DNA from: a virus
Reading direction: 5' to 3' (one strand)
Virus record (IMG/VR): IMGVR_UViG_3300023179_000077
Location: 13,054 to 77,053 of that record
Length of the DNA: 64,000 bases
The stretch's first letter is position 1, and every line of letters starts with the position of its first letter. Both the position numbers and the translations under genes were made by a program. Shown here one piece after another: positions 1-10,157 of the stretch. The notes under the pieces are model-generated. The model had not been told where the DNA came from. It was given only the letters and a program-made list of their open reading frames with translations, and ran no database searches.

Positions 1-525
1 TTAACTTCTAAAAAATGGTCAAATAAAAATAAAAATAAAATATCACAATATAATAAAGAAAAATATAATAATAATAAAGAATACTGGTTAAGTGAAAATA
101 GAAAATTATATAGTAAAGAATGGAGAAGTAATAATAAAGATAAATTAGCAAAATATTGGAAAATTAAATATGATACTGATATTAATTTTAAACTATCTTG
201 TTTGTTAAGACTTAGGTTATATAATGCTTTAAAACTAAATTTAAAAACTAAAAGTGCTATAAAATTAATAGGTTGTACAATAGATACTTTTAAACAATAT
301 CTTGAATCTAAATTTAAACCAGAAATGAATTGGAATAATCATGGTGATATTTGGGAAATTGATCATATTAAGCCATGTGATTCCTTTAATCTAACAGATA
401 TAGAACAACAAAAACAATGCTTTCATTATACTAATATGCAGCCATTATTTAAAACAACAAAAATTGCTGAGTCGTTTGGATATAATGAATTAGGCAATAG
501 AAATAAGACTAATAAATATTTATAG
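1..525 (+). CDS. HNH/endonuclease VII-like homing endonuclease, 5'-truncated by the window edge
   Basis: Frame is open from base 1. Motif IGCTIDTFKQYLE..F.PEMNW.N.G..WEIDHIKP...HYTNMQPL; paralogous to 9117-9665. Confidence 0.75.
   Translation, partial: LTSKKWSNKNKNKISQYNKEKYNNNKEYWLSENRKLYSKEWRSNNKDKLAKYWKIKYDTDINFKLSCLLRLRLYNALKLNLKTKSAIKLIGCTIDTFKQYLESKFKPEMNWNNHGDIWEIDHIKPCDSFNLTDIEQQKQCFHYTNMQPLFKTTKIAESFGYNELGNRNKTNKYL
516..524 (+). promoter_or_regulatory. Putative phage late promoter motif ATATTTAT(A), representative copy
   Basis: The same 8-mer lies just upstream of starts at 516, 2441, 4450, 6150, 9103, 10188, 10882, 15255, 21341, 31099, 33720, 35260, 36287, 38073, 38652, 39695, 42619, 50234, 51903, 56202, 56260, 59089, 62541. 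Confidence 0.75.
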
Positions 526-543
526 ACATAATAAAGCAATATA

Positions 544-2433
544 ATGGCAGAAAATAACCAACAACAACCCGGTTTATTTAGTAGGCTTACACGATTATTC
601 AGTACAGATGTTATTATTAGAAATGTTGGTGGAAATCAACTCAAAGTAGTAGATGTTGATAAAATTCAAGCTTATGGTAATGTAAAGACAAATGCATTAA
701 TAGATAGATATACAAAACTTCATCGTTATGGAGCTAATATGCCCTATAACCCAACAATGAACTATCAAACACTTCGTATTCAGTTATATACTGACTATGA
801 AGCTATGGATACAGAATCTATTATAGCATCTGCTCTTGATATTGTAGCTGATGAGGCTACATTAAAGAATGAAGCAGGTGAAGTATTACAAATCAGAAGT
901 GCTGATGAAAATATTCAACGTATATTATATAATTTATTCTACGATATATTAAACATTGAATTTAATTTATGGTTGTGGATTAGAAATATGTGTAAGTATG
1001 GTGATTTTTATTTACACATGGAAGTCGCTGAAAAATTTGGTGTATACAACGTAACACCTCTTTCAGTATATGATATGATTCGTGAAGAAGGACAAGATCC
1101 TGAAAATCCATCTTATGTTTGCTTCAGAATAGATCCAATGGTTATAGCTGCTGGTGGTATAAGCAATCGTGTTAAAGATAGAGATGGTAAAATTAAATTT
1201 GAAAACTACGAAATAGCTCACTTTAGGCTATTAACTGATGCAAACTATCTTCCATACGGAAGATCATATATTGAACCTGCTCGTAAAACATATAAGCAAT
1301 ATGTGTTAATGAAAGATGCAATGCTATTGCATCGTATCACTCGTGCCCCAGAAAAACGTGTGTTTACTATTAATGTTGGTAACATTCCTCCTCATGAAGT
1401 AGATGCTTATATGCAGAAGGTAATGCAAAAAATGAAAAAAACACCTTACATTGATCAACAAACAGGTGAATATAATTTAAGATATAATTTAATGAACTTA
1501 ATGGAAGACTTTTATCTTCCAGTTCGCGGTAATGATACAGCAACTAAAATAGATACTGTAAAAGGTCTTGAGTATAATGCTATTGAAGACGTAGCATTCT
1601 TACGTGATGAAATGTTAGCTGCACTTAAGATACCTAAAGCATTTTTTGGTTTTGAAAAAGATCTTGAAGGTAAAGCTACATTAGCCGCTGAAGATATTCG
1701 TTTTGCTCGTACAGTAGAACGCGTACAGCGTATTGTTATTTCTGAATTGTATAAAATGGCATTAGTGCATTTATATGTTCAAGGATATGATGGTGAAGCA
1801 TTAACTAACTTTGAGTTATCATTAACTACTCCATCTATCATTTACGAACAAGAGAAAGTAGCATTATGGAAAGAAAAAGTTGACTTAGCTAAATCAATCC
1901 AAGACACTAACTTATTACCTTCAGATTGGATATATGATAATGTATTCCAATTCAGTGAAGATCAATATGATGAATATCGTGATTTAATGCTTGAAGATAA
2001 AAAACGTGTGTTTAGATTAGCTCAAATTGAAAATGAAGGTAATGACCCCGCTAAATCAGGTAAATCATATGGTACACCACATGATTTAGCTTCACTATAC
2101 GGCAAAGGCAGAACAGGAATGGATACTGATGGACCTATACCTCCTGGATATGATGAAAAGCGTCCTGTTGGTCGTCCTAAAGAAAGAGCATCTATTATTG
2201 GTACTCAACAGGATCCATTAGGTAAAGATAGACTTGGTAGAAAAGCAAATAGTACTCTTTATACTGCTAATATTCCTTCTGAAGATGGTACTCCAAAAGG
2301 GGGTTCACCTGTTGCTTTAGCTGAATTAAAGAAAAATAAAAGCTTATTAGAAAGTATCAACGTAGAACGCAAAAAGCTAATATACGATGAAGAAAATAAT
2401 ATGCTAAGTGAGAAAAATATCAAGGGTATATAA
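544..2433 (+). CDS. Portal protein (T4 gp20-like)
   Basis: HRITRAPEKRVF.INVGN.P, MEDFYLP.R and ALKIP motifs; first gene of the head module. Confidence 0.92.
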   Translation: MAENNQQQPGLFSRLTRLFSTDVIIRNVGGNQLKVVDVDKIQAYGNVKTNALIDRYTKLHRYGANMPYNPTMNYQTLRIQLYTDYEAMDTESIIASALDIVADEATLKNEAGEVLQIRSADENIQRILYNLFYDILNIEFNLWLWIRNMCKYGDFYLHMEVAEKFGVYNVTPLSVYDMIREEGQDPENPSYVCFRIDPMVIAAGGISNRVKDRDGKIKFENYEIAHFRLLTDANYLPYGRSYIEPARKTYKQYVLMKDAMLLHRITRAPEKRVFTINVGNIPPHEVDAYMQKVMQKMKKTPYIDQQTGEYNLRYNLMNLMEDFYLPVRGNDTATKIDTVKGLEYNAIEDVAFLRDEMLAALKIPKAFFGFEKDLEGKATLAAEDIRFARTVERVQRIVISELYKMALVHLYVQGYDGEALTNFELSLTTPSIIYEQEKVALWKEKVDLAKSIQDTNLLPSDWIYDNVFQFSEDQYDEYRDLMLEDKKRVFRLAQIENEGNDPAKSGKSYGTPHDLASLYGKGRTGMDTDGPIPPGYDEKRPVGRPKERASIIGTQQDPLGKDRLGRKANSTLYTANIPSEDGTPKGGSPVALAELKKNKSLLESINVERKKLIYDEENNMLSEKNIKGI

Positions 2434-2471
2434 TAGATAAATATTTATAGATAGTGTACACTAACTAAATT

Positions 2472-3326
2472 ATGAAAATAAAACATTCTAAATTTCGAAA
2501 CACTGGTATATTATTTGAATTATTGGTGCGTCAGATAGCATCTGACACTTTATCTAATAAAGACTCTGCAGCTGTTAATTTAGTTAAAAAGTATTTTAAC
2601 AAAACCGAATTAACTAAAGAATATAAAATATATCAGACTTTAATTAATTCAAAACTTTTAAGCGAAGCTAAAGCTGAAACATTCATAAATACAGCATTAG
2701 ATGCTTCTTTGCGTTTAAATAAAACTACTTTACGTAAAGAAAAATATAATTTAATTAAAGAAATCAAAGAAAACTACGACTTAGAAGAATTCTTTAAAGC
2801 AAAAATCAATCATTATACTCAATACGCTGCTGTATTCAATTTAATTGAATCTCATAGCTCAACAGAATTTATTGATCCTAAACTTATTATTGATAATAAA
2901 ATTACTCTATTAGAGCATATTACACGTAAAGAAGTTAATAAAGAAGACGTTAAAGATCGTGTAATAGAAGAATACATGAAACTAGATAAAGGTTCTCGTA
3001 TACTTGCTTATCGTATGTTATTAGAGAAATTCAACACAAAATACGCTGAGTTGAATGATAAGCAAAAAAATGTATTAAAAGAATATATCAATAATGTAAC
3101 TAATACTGTTAAATTAAGAGAATTCGTTAATAATAATTTTAATGTTATTATTAGCGAATTAAAGTTAATTATCCCCACAATAGAAGATAAAACAACTCAA
3201 ATTAAATTAACAGAAATAACTAATTTCCTTCAACCATTGGATAAAAATCAAAATGTAAAAGATGAAAATATAATTTCACTTTTGCAGTTTTATCAGTTAT
3301 TAAATGAGTTAAAAGCCATTAAATAA
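2472..3326 (+). CDS. Hypothetical protein, likely prohead core/assembly
   Basis: 284-aa helical protein between portal and protease, preceded by the late motif. Confidence 0.5.
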   Translation: MKIKHSKFRNTGILFELLVRQIASDTLSNKDSAAVNLVKKYFNKTELTKEYKIYQTLINSKLLSEAKAETFINTALDASLRLNKTTLRKEKYNLIKEIKENYDLEEFFKAKINHYTQYAAVFNLIESHSSTEFIDPKLIIDNKITLLEHITRKEVNKEDVKDRVIEEYMKLDKGSRILAYRMLLEKFNTKYAELNDKQKNVLKEYINNVTNTVKLREFVNNNFNVIISELKLIIPTIEDKTTQIKLTEITNFLQPLDKNQNVKDENIISLLQFYQLLNELKAIK

Positions 3327-3871
3327 TGGATCAATTAAGAGAAAAATTAAAGCAATTAATACGTAAAGAACTAGAGGAGATGTCTGCTACTAGTGGTGGA
3401 GAAGCATATTCTACTCCTTTTGCTTTTGCTAAAAAAGGTCAAAAAACAAACGCTGCTATTCAAACAGCTAAATCTCAAGGAATGAAATTAGCTCCTACAG
3501 GAATACCTAGTGACTCTAAAGTAAGAGATTATAAAGCAATTTGGAAATCAGCTGAAAAATCTAAATATAAGATGTATAAAGAATCTTTAGAAAAAATTGT
3601 TAAAGAAGAGTTACTCAACGAAGTAACCTATTCTAAATTCAAAAACGAAGTTAAATTTAGAACTAAATCAGAACAACTTCATAAAGCAATTCGTGAAGTA
3701 AAACGTAAACTACAAGAAATTGATCGTATTGTTGAATATACTTCACGCATGAAACAAGAATTAAGTGAAGACGGCGGTATCAACTATTGGAAAGCCACTC
3801 AAAAGAATATAGGTACTATATCTGAAATGGTAAACCAATTAAATAATAAGATTAAAAATTTACATCAATGA
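3326..3871 (+). CDS. Putative prohead core/internal protein
   Basis: Leader LREKLKQLIRKELEE, internal LEKIVKEELLNE, coiled-coil C-terminus; head-module position. Confidence 0.5.
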   Translation: MDQLREKLKQLIRKELEEMSATSGGEAYSTPFAFAKKGQKTNAAIQTAKSQGMKLAPTGIPSDSKVRDYKAIWKSAEKSKYKMYKESLEKIVKEELLNEVTYSKFKNEVKFRTKSEQLHKAIREVKRKLQEIDRIVEYTSRMKQELSEDGGINYWKATQKNIGTISEMVNQLNNKIKNLHQ

Positions 3872-4302
3872 AAAAGCAAATTAACGAAATCCGCAGAATG
3901 CAGCAATTAGCTGGGATTTTAAAAGAAAATAATATAAACGAAGCTCCTCAGCCTGATTGGGGTTCTATGGGACTTACATATAGTGATACAATAGGAGATG
4001 ATAATGAAGGTGAATATAATGAGATTGTGGATATAACAAAAAAATTATATCAAGACTTCATAGAACAATATGAGAAAATGCCAGATCAAGAAAAAATTGA
4101 ATATAAAATATCACAAGATATAGATAACGATATTACGAATATGTTAGATGCAATATATAGCTTTTCTTTTAGAAAGGATAATAATGTTAAACTTAGTGAT
4201 GGAAGAACAGTTAGTATTAACTATCTTATGAACAAAATGCTTGAAAAGGGAGAATACAGTAAACTAGCTCAAGATATCTTGGAAATAATTATAGGCTTAT
4301 AA
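3868..4302 (+). CDS. Putative head-packaged protein with scaffold-like leader
   Basis: N-terminus INEIRRMQQLAGILKE resembles the scaffold C-terminus. Confidence 0.5.
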   Translation: MKKQINEIRRMQQLAGILKENNINEAPQPDWGSMGLTYSDTIGDDNEGEYNEIVDITKKLYQDFIEQYEKMPDQEKIEYKISQDIDNDITNMLDAIYSFSFRKDNNVKLSDGRTVSINYLMNKMLEKGEYSKLAQDILEIIIGL

Positions 4303-4321
4303 ATAAAAATTAATATCAATA

Positions 4322-4450
4322 ATGGCAAAAGGTAAAGGTGGTAGTGAAAGCCGTAAAATAACATTCGGCAAACGCAAATTAGGAAAAGCAAAAAAATCCT
4401 ACAATAAGCACGATAGAACAGAAAAAAACTACCGTAGACAAGGACGATAA
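4322..4450 (+). CDS. Small basic 42-aa protein MAKGKGGSESRKITFGKRKLGKAKKSYNKHDRTEKNYRRQGR (absent from the ORF track)
   Basis: ATG 4322 to TAA 4450; fills the gap, has an A-rich leader and is very Lys/Arg rich. Confidence 0.7.
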   Translation: MAKGKGGSESRKITFGKRKLGKAKKSYNKHDRTEKNYRRQGR

Positions 4451-4484
4451 TATTTATACATAACAAACCATAAATTATAACACA

Positions 4485-4877
4485 ATGAAAAAAAGCGAAT
4501 TACGTGAATTAATAAAAGAAATAATACTTCAAGAAATAACTAAAGTAGAGGAAAGTCAAGAAGAAAGAGGAATTACACCTAGTGGTCAAATTCAAACTCC
4601 CGCACAAGCTCTTGGCCGTGCTCGCCCTAGAACTTCCGCTGAGTTAGCTTGGGAAAATTATGGTTTGGACAGATATACTGCTGGAGTAGCATATAACGGA
4701 GGATATACTAAAAAAGATGGAACATTTGTTCCAGTAGATGAACAAGGATTAGTTAATATAGTAATATCCATGTTAAAGAAAAAATTACCAAATGCTGATT
4801 CTGAAATTGTAGATTGGATGAAAAATAAAACTAGAGAGGTGTATAAAAGACAACAATCGTTTAAAAAAGGTAGTTAA
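4485..4877 (+). CDS. Putative head-packaged protein
   Basis: Leader MKKSELRELIKEIILQE; own late motif at 4450. Confidence 0.5.
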   Translation: MKKSELRELIKEIILQEITKVEESQEERGITPSGQIQTPAQALGRARPRTSAELAWENYGLDRYTAGVAYNGGYTKKDGTFVPVDEQGLVNIVISMLKKKLPNADSEIVDWMKNKTREVYKRQQSFKKGS

Positions 4878-4887
4878 AAATAATATA

Positions 4888-5517
4888 ATGAAAAGCATAC
4901 AAAACCAATATCGCGATCTTAAAGAAGGAAAAATGTCACAAGCTAACTTTATGCGTAATGTGCGTATGACTTTTCCTCATTTAGTTACTAATGTAACATC
5001 ATTTGATGATACTGTCAGAATACTTAAAAATAAACAAATATTAAGCGAAGCTAAAACTAAACTACACCCAAATCAAATTCACCCACAAGAATTAAGAATG
5101 GGTATTAAAGTAGAAATGGAACACACAGATGATCCTAAAAAAGCAGAAAAAATTGCTTTAGATCATTTAGCAGAAAATCCATTTTACTACACAGCATTAA
5201 AATTATCAGGCATTGAATCACCTTCAGCTCCTAAAACTAAAACACCTGCTAAAGCTAAAGCTAAAAAAGAATCAGTTGAATTAGTTGATAAAGAAAATCA
5301 AATGAAAACACCAAAAGGTGTTGAAAAAGCAAAAGCATCAGCTAATAAAGCACATAAAGAAACAAACAAAGGTGTTAAAGGAGTAGAAGAACTCACTCAC
5401 GCTGCTAAAAAAGCTAAAGGCATTAAACAAGTAATGTCTCCTACTGGTGGTAAAATGAAAACCATTAGAGAACAATTAGAAAAACTTGTGCGTGAAGCCA
5501 TAAATGAATATTACTAA
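4888..5517 (+). CDS. DUF5661-like domain protein, putative head internal protein
   Basis: ELRMGIKVEMEHTDD...A.KIALDHL.E.PFYY motif; Lys/Ala-rich tail. Confidence 0.6.
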   Translation: MKSIQNQYRDLKEGKMSQANFMRNVRMTFPHLVTNVTSFDDTVRILKNKQILSEAKTKLHPNQIHPQELRMGIKVEMEHTDDPKKAEKIALDHLAENPFYYTALKLSGIESPSAPKTKTPAKAKAKKESVELVDKENQMKTPKGVEKAKASANKAHKETNKGVKGVEELTHAAKKAKGIKQVMSPTGGKMKTIREQLEKLVREAINEYY

Positions 5518-6122
5518 TGAAATCATTACTCATAGACCATACTCCTTTCCAACATGCTAAGCTTACTTTAGTTGAAGGTAAAGTAAACAATGGTACTGTC
5601 ACTTTAGTTGGTAAATTACAAGAAGCTGAACAAAAAAACGGCAATGGTCGTGTATATCCTCGCGAAATACTTGAAAGAGAAGTAAAAAAATATGCTGAAG
5701 GACCAATAAAAACACGCACTGCTTTAGGAGAACTCGATCATCCTGAAGCCTCTGTTGTTAATCTAGCAAATACTTCCCATGTTATTACAGAAGTATGGTG
5801 GAAAGGAAATGACTTAATGGGTAGATTACAACTATTACCCACACCCGCGGGCAATATCGCTAAAGCACTTGTATTATCTGGTATTCCACTTGGTATTTCA
5901 TCACGCGGTATGGGTAGTGTTAAACAACTTGGTGAAACAGTTGAAGTACAAGACGATTTTGAATTGTTATGTTGGGATTTAGTATCAGTACCTAGTACTC
6001 CACAAGCATATATGAGAATAGCTGAAGCAAAGCAATATGCTTCTATTAAAGATTATAGCAAAGTAAATAGTTTAATTACAGAAATTATTTGTCAACATAC
6101 TGGAGTTTGTCCTTTATGTTAA
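5517..6122 (+). CDS. Prohead core protease (T4 gp21-like)
   Basis: NGNGRVYP, ALGELDHP, GISSRGMGS and DLVSVPS motifs. Confidence 0.95.
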   Translation: MKSLLIDHTPFQHAKLTLVEGKVNNGTVTLVGKLQEAEQKNGNGRVYPREILEREVKKYAEGPIKTRTALGELDHPEASVVNLANTSHVITEVWWKGNDLMGRLQLLPTPAGNIAKALVLSGIPLGISSRGMGSVKQLGETVEVQDDFELLCWDLVSVPSTPQAYMRIAEAKQYASIKDYSKVNSLITEIICQHTGVCPLC

Positions 6123-6155
6123 ATAATTCACGTCTTTCCATATCTCCATATATTT

Positions 6156-6270
6156 ATGAGCATCCTACAATAGGTTGCTCATTCTTATGCAACCTCGGGT
6201 ATATTACAAACCCCTATTAAGATTTTCTAATAATCTTATTTCCGAAAAAAAATTTAAGGAGAAAAATTTT
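6156..6270 (+). promoter_or_regulatory. Structured 5' leader of the scaffold-capsid operon
   Basis: Stem ATGAGCA/TGCTCAT with inner CCTA/TAGG (6156-6182); alternative AGGTTGC/GCAACCT; further stems GGGT/ACCC and TAAGATT/AATCTTA. Confidence 0.5.
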
Positions 6271-7353
6271 ATGACAAACCAAGATTTGTTCAAAGAAGCA
6301 ATTGCTGACGCTAAAGCTATTCGTGAAACTGCTTTAGCTAATGCAAAAGTTGCTCTTGAAGAAGCTCTTGCTCCTAGACTTCAATCTATGCTTGCTGCTA
6401 AATTGCAAGAAATGGATAATATGGACGAGGCTGAAGAAGAGAAACTTGAAGAAAAATCACTCGGTCAAGACACTTATCGTACAGGCGATGTACAACATGT
6501 TGGTGCTAGAGAAAGACATGCTGCACTCGAAGAAAACGAAGAAGAACTTGAAGAAGATTTTGATTTATCTGAAATTTTAGCTGAACTCGAAGAAGCTAAA
6601 GAAGAAGAAGAAAAAGAAAAAATGAAAGAAGCTAAAAAAGAAGAAGAGGAAGATGAAGAAGAAGGTGAAGAGCCTGCTGAATCTGAACCTGCTGAATCTG
6701 AAACAGTGGCTGATCTTTCAGTTGATGAATTAAAAATGATTATCAAAGACATTATTTCTAGCGAAATGGAAGACGGCGGCATGGAAGACATGGGCGGCGA
6801 CGAAACAGAAGCTGGAGACGAAATGACGGTTGATGTATCATCTGATGAAGGTGAAGGAATGGAAGAAGATCTTAATTTAGAAGAATTATTAGCTGAACTT
6901 GACGCTTTAGACGAAGACTATTCTGAAGAAGAAACAGAATACGAAGAAGGTGGAATGTACGAAGCTAAGAAAAAAGCTAAAAAAGAAGATGATAAAATGA
7001 AAAAAGAGTTAGATGAAGCTATTGCTACTATCCATACTCTTCGTTCAGAACTTAACGAAGTTAATCTTCTTAACGCTAAATTACTCTATGTAAATAAGAT
7101 TTTCAAAGCCAAGAACTTAACTGAATCACAAAAACTTAAAGTAATCGCTCAATTTGACAAAGCATCTACTGTTAAAGAAGCTAAGATGATTTATGAAACT
7201 ATGGACGTTGCTATTGCAAAATCTGCTAAGTCTTCAATTAAAGAATCTATGGGTTTTGCTTCCAAAGCAGCAGGTGTTGCTAAAAAACCAATCGTCGAAG
7301 TGGACGAAACAATGTCAAGATGGCAAATGCTTGCTGGCATTAAAAAACACTAA
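6271..7353 (+). CDS. Prohead scaffolding protein (start moved to ATG 6271)
   Basis: Highly acidic coiled coil with many L/I-x-E sites, between protease and capsid; begins MTNQDLFKEAIADAK. Confidence 0.85.
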   Translation: MTNQDLFKEAIADAKAIRETALANAKVALEEALAPRLQSMLAAKLQEMDNMDEAEEEKLEEKSLGQDTYRTGDVQHVGARERHAALEENEEELEEDFDLSEILAELEEAKEEEEKEKMKEAKKEEEEDEEEGEEPAESEPAESETVADLSVDELKMIIKDIISSEMEDGGMEDMGGDETEAGDEMTVDVSSDEGEGMEEDLNLEELLAELDALDEDYSEEETEYEEGGMYEAKKKAKKEDDKMKKELDEAIATIHTLRSELNEVNLLNAKLLYVNKIFKAKNLTESQKLKVIAQFDKASTVKEAKMIYETMDVAIAKSAKSSIKESMGFASKAAGVAKKPIVEVDETMSRWQMLAGIKKH

Positions 7354-7383
7354 AAATTAATTTAACAAAAAACTCTTTAAAAA

Positions 7384-9030
7384 ATGAACGTACAACAATT
7401 ACTCGAGTCATCTAACCAGTATAAAGTTATAATGGAAGATGCACAACGTTTGTCTGGTAAGTGGGCTAAATCCGGTCTTTTAGAAGGCATTAGCAACACT
7501 CAAGACAAAAACACAATGGCTATTCTCCTTGAGAACCAAGCCAAGCAATTAATCACTGAAGCTTCTGCTACAGGTGGTACTACCTCAATGTCTGGTGCTG
7601 GATATAATGCAGAAAACTGGGCTGGTGTAGCTTTGCCATTAGTTCGCCGCGTATTCGGTGAAATCGCTGCTAAAGAATTCGTTAGCGTACAACCAATGAA
7701 CTTACCTTCAGGTCTCGTATTCTATCTTGATTTCAAATACGGTACTGGTGTTAAGCCATTTACCAGCGGTGGTTCACTTTATGGTGCTAACGCTACTACA
7801 AACGTAACCGATATTGCTTCTCAATCACTTTATGGTGCTGGTAAGTTTGGTTACTCAATCAACCAATTCTCAGCTTCTATTGTTGCTGTAACCGGTTCAA
7901 CCACATGGGCTGACTTTAACTTAGATTCTACCTATTCAGCTTCTGCTGCTACTGGTTGGAAAAAGATTTCAGTTCCTCTCCCAGCTGCTGCTGATACAAA
8001 TGCTGTTAGATCATTTGTATTTACTTCTGGTTCTTCCGGAACATTCATCAGCGCTAATGACATTTTACAGCAATTTACAACTGTAGCTAATAGCACAGCT
8101 TCATTCATTGTAACTGGTTCATTAGTATCTGTTTCTAGCTCAACTCCAACAGTAACCTTGTTCTTCTCTGTAGCTCCTACTCCAGCAGCTCGTGGTGATT
8201 TCGAAGATCAAACAACAGGTGGCGGTGCTGGTAACGGCGGTAATGGTGGTTATCCTGGTGCTAACACTACTTCTGCTGCAATTGCTATCCCAGAAATCAA
8301 CGTTCAGTTGAAATCAGAAGCTATTGTTGCTAAAACTCGTAGGTTAAAAGCACAATGGACACCAGAATTCGCTCAGGATCTTAATGCTTATCATAGTGTT
8401 GATGCTGAAGCTGAATTAACTGGTATCTTATCACAGTATATTTCAATGGAAATCGACCTCGAAATCCTTGATATGTTAATTCAAAACGCTTTCACTACTG
8501 AATACTGGTCAGCAGTTAACAACCAAGGCGTAGGTGCTTCTGGTGTTACTAATGGTAACCTCGGTTACTACAACACCCAAGGTGGTTGGTTCCAAACCCT
8601 CGGCACTAAGCTCCAGAAAGTTTCTAACATAATCCATCAGTTAACTCTCCGCGGTGGCGCTAACTTCCTCGTAACTTCACCAACCGTAGCTACAATCCTC
8701 GAATCAATTCCTGGATTTGCTTCTGACGGTGATGGTGAAAAAATGGAATTCAACTTCGGTATTCAGAAAGTTGGTTCACTTAACAGCCGTTACAAGGTTT
8801 ACAAGAACCCATACATGACTGAGAACGTAATCCTCATGGGTTACAAAGGTGCTCAGTTCCTTGAGTGCGGTGCTGTATTTGCTCCATATGTGCCTTTAAT
8901 CATGACTCCACTTCTCTACGATCCTAACACCTTCACTCCACGTAAAGGTTTGATGACTCGTTACGCTAAGAAGATGATTAGACCGGACTATTATGGTCGT
9001 GTATATGTTGCTGGTTTAAATACTCTTTAA
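7384..9030 (+). CDS. Major capsid protein (T4 gp23-like)
   Basis: VQPMNLPSGLVFYL, AKTRRLKAQWTPEFAQDL, FAPYVPL and FTPRKGLMTRY motifs; probable maturation cut at ITE|A. Confidence 0.97.
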   Translation: MNVQQLLESSNQYKVIMEDAQRLSGKWAKSGLLEGISNTQDKNTMAILLENQAKQLITEASATGGTTSMSGAGYNAENWAGVALPLVRRVFGEIAAKEFVSVQPMNLPSGLVFYLDFKYGTGVKPFTSGGSLYGANATTNVTDIASQSLYGAGKFGYSINQFSASIVAVTGSTTWADFNLDSTYSASAATGWKKISVPLPAAADTNAVRSFVFTSGSSGTFISANDILQQFTTVANSTASFIVTGSLVSVSSSTPTVTLFFSVAPTPAARGDFEDQTTGGGAGNGGNGGYPGANTTSAAIAIPEINVQLKSEAIVAKTRRLKAQWTPEFAQDLNAYHSVDAEAELTGILSQYISMEIDLEILDMLIQNAFTTEYWSAVNNQGVGASGVTNGNLGYYNTQGGWFQTLGTKLQKVSNIIHQLTLRGGANFLVTSPTVATILESIPGFASDGDGEKMEFNFGIQKVGSLNSRYKVYKNPYMTENVILMGYKGAQFLECGAVFAPYVPLIMTPLLYDPNTFTPRKGLMTRYAKKMIRPDYYGRVYVAGLNTL

Positions 9031-9069
9031 TCTAGTATAACATAATAGCCCTGTAAGGCTTAAAAAAAC

Positions 9070-9100
9070 AAAAGGCTCGAGGTAATACTCGGGCCTTTTT
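9070..9100 (+). terminator. Intrinsic terminator after the capsid gene
   Basis: AAAAGGCTCGAG-GTAATA-CTCGGGCCTTTTT. Confidence 0.85.
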
Positions 9101-9116
9101 GTATATTTATACACGT

Positions 9117-9665
9117 ATGAAAACATGTAAAAAATGTGGTATTGAAAAACCACTAAATGAATATTGTAAACGTAAAGAAGAAAAAGATGGATTACATCGT
9201 TATTGTAAACCATGTATGAGACAACGTCTTAAAAATGAGTACAATAGGGATAAAGAAAAACATCTTAAACGTACTCGAAAATATCAAGAGGAAAATAGGG
9301 AATATTTTAGAAATAAATCTAATAATCACTACCACACCAAAAAAGACTACTATCGCGAATGGAATCGAACTAAATATTCTACTGATTTACTATTTCGTCT
9401 CCGCCATACTCTCAATTCTATCATAAACCATCACCTTAAAGAAGGTAAATCACAAAGCAGCATTGACTATCTAGGCTGCACAATACAAGAATACAAAGAG
9501 TATCTTGAACCACTATTCACACCAGAAATGAATTGGGAAAATTATGGAACTTATTGGGAAATAGACCACATTCATCCATTAGCTAAAGGTGGATCATTTC
9601 ATTATACCAACACTCAGCCACTTACTGTAGTTGAAAATAGAATAAAATCAGACATAATATTATGA
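9117..9665 (+). CDS. HNH/endonuclease VII-like homing endonuclease with N-terminal Zn ribbon
   Basis: CKKC...CKPC, LGCT...MNWENYG..WEIDHIHP...HYTNTQPL...N; ATG at 9117. Confidence 0.8.
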   Translation: MKTCKKCGIEKPLNEYCKRKEEKDGLHRYCKPCMRQRLKNEYNRDKEKHLKRTRKYQEENREYFRNKSNNHYHTKKDYYREWNRTKYSTDLLFRLRHTLNSIINHHLKEGKSQSSIDYLGCTIQEYKEYLEPLFTPEMNWENYGTYWEIDHIHPLAKGGSFHYTNTQPLTVVENRIKSDIIL

Positions 9666-10135
9666 AACTTAAAAATATTATACAACAATTAATTCAAGAA
9701 AATAAAGATTTTCCATGGGTAGAACAACGAGAATATGAATTATTAATTGAATTTAATTATAATTTAGACGATACATATTTTATAACAAATGAATTACCTT
9801 TCAATATTGAATTTAAAGATGATCAAAATAGATTAAACATTACTAAAGGTAAATTAAATAAAGATTTTATTGAAATAAAATTATATTGGGTTGATGATAA
9901 AGGAAAAGTTAGAATGGATACTCCTGAAGGTATACTGCCTAAAACAATGAATACTCATTTAAATAATATTATAAATAAATTTTTACCTAATTATGATAAG
10001 TTTTTAATTAGACCTAATGATGATATAAGGTATAGATTATTCCAATTATTGTTAAACAAATATATAGATAAAAATCAATGGAATATTACATTTAATTCTA
10101 ATGATAGATCTATATTTTTAATTAAAAAAAATTAA
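9662..10135 (+). CDS. Hypothetical protein with capsid-targeting-like leader
   Basis: MKLKNIIQQLIQE leader. Confidence 0.45.
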   Translation: MKLKNIIQQLIQENKDFPWVEQREYELLIEFNYNLDDTYFITNELPFNIEFKDDQNRLNITKGKLNKDFIEIKLYWVDDKGKVRMDTPEGILPKTMNTHLNNIINKFLPNYDKFLIRPNDDIRYRLFQLLLNKYIDKNQWNITFNSNDRSIFLIKKN

Positions 10136-10157
10136 TCCCGTAAGGCTAAAAAATAAG

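Noticed and set aside
6175-6270. Upstream non-ATG starts in the ORF track (also 9099, 38629, 56236, 60636, 61954; and the upstream ATG at 63103)
   Set aside because: They run through promoters, terminators or neighbouring genes; downstream ATGs fit better.
8460-8960. C-rich patch in the capsid gene
   Set aside because: More simply explained by the codon bias of a highly expressed gene.
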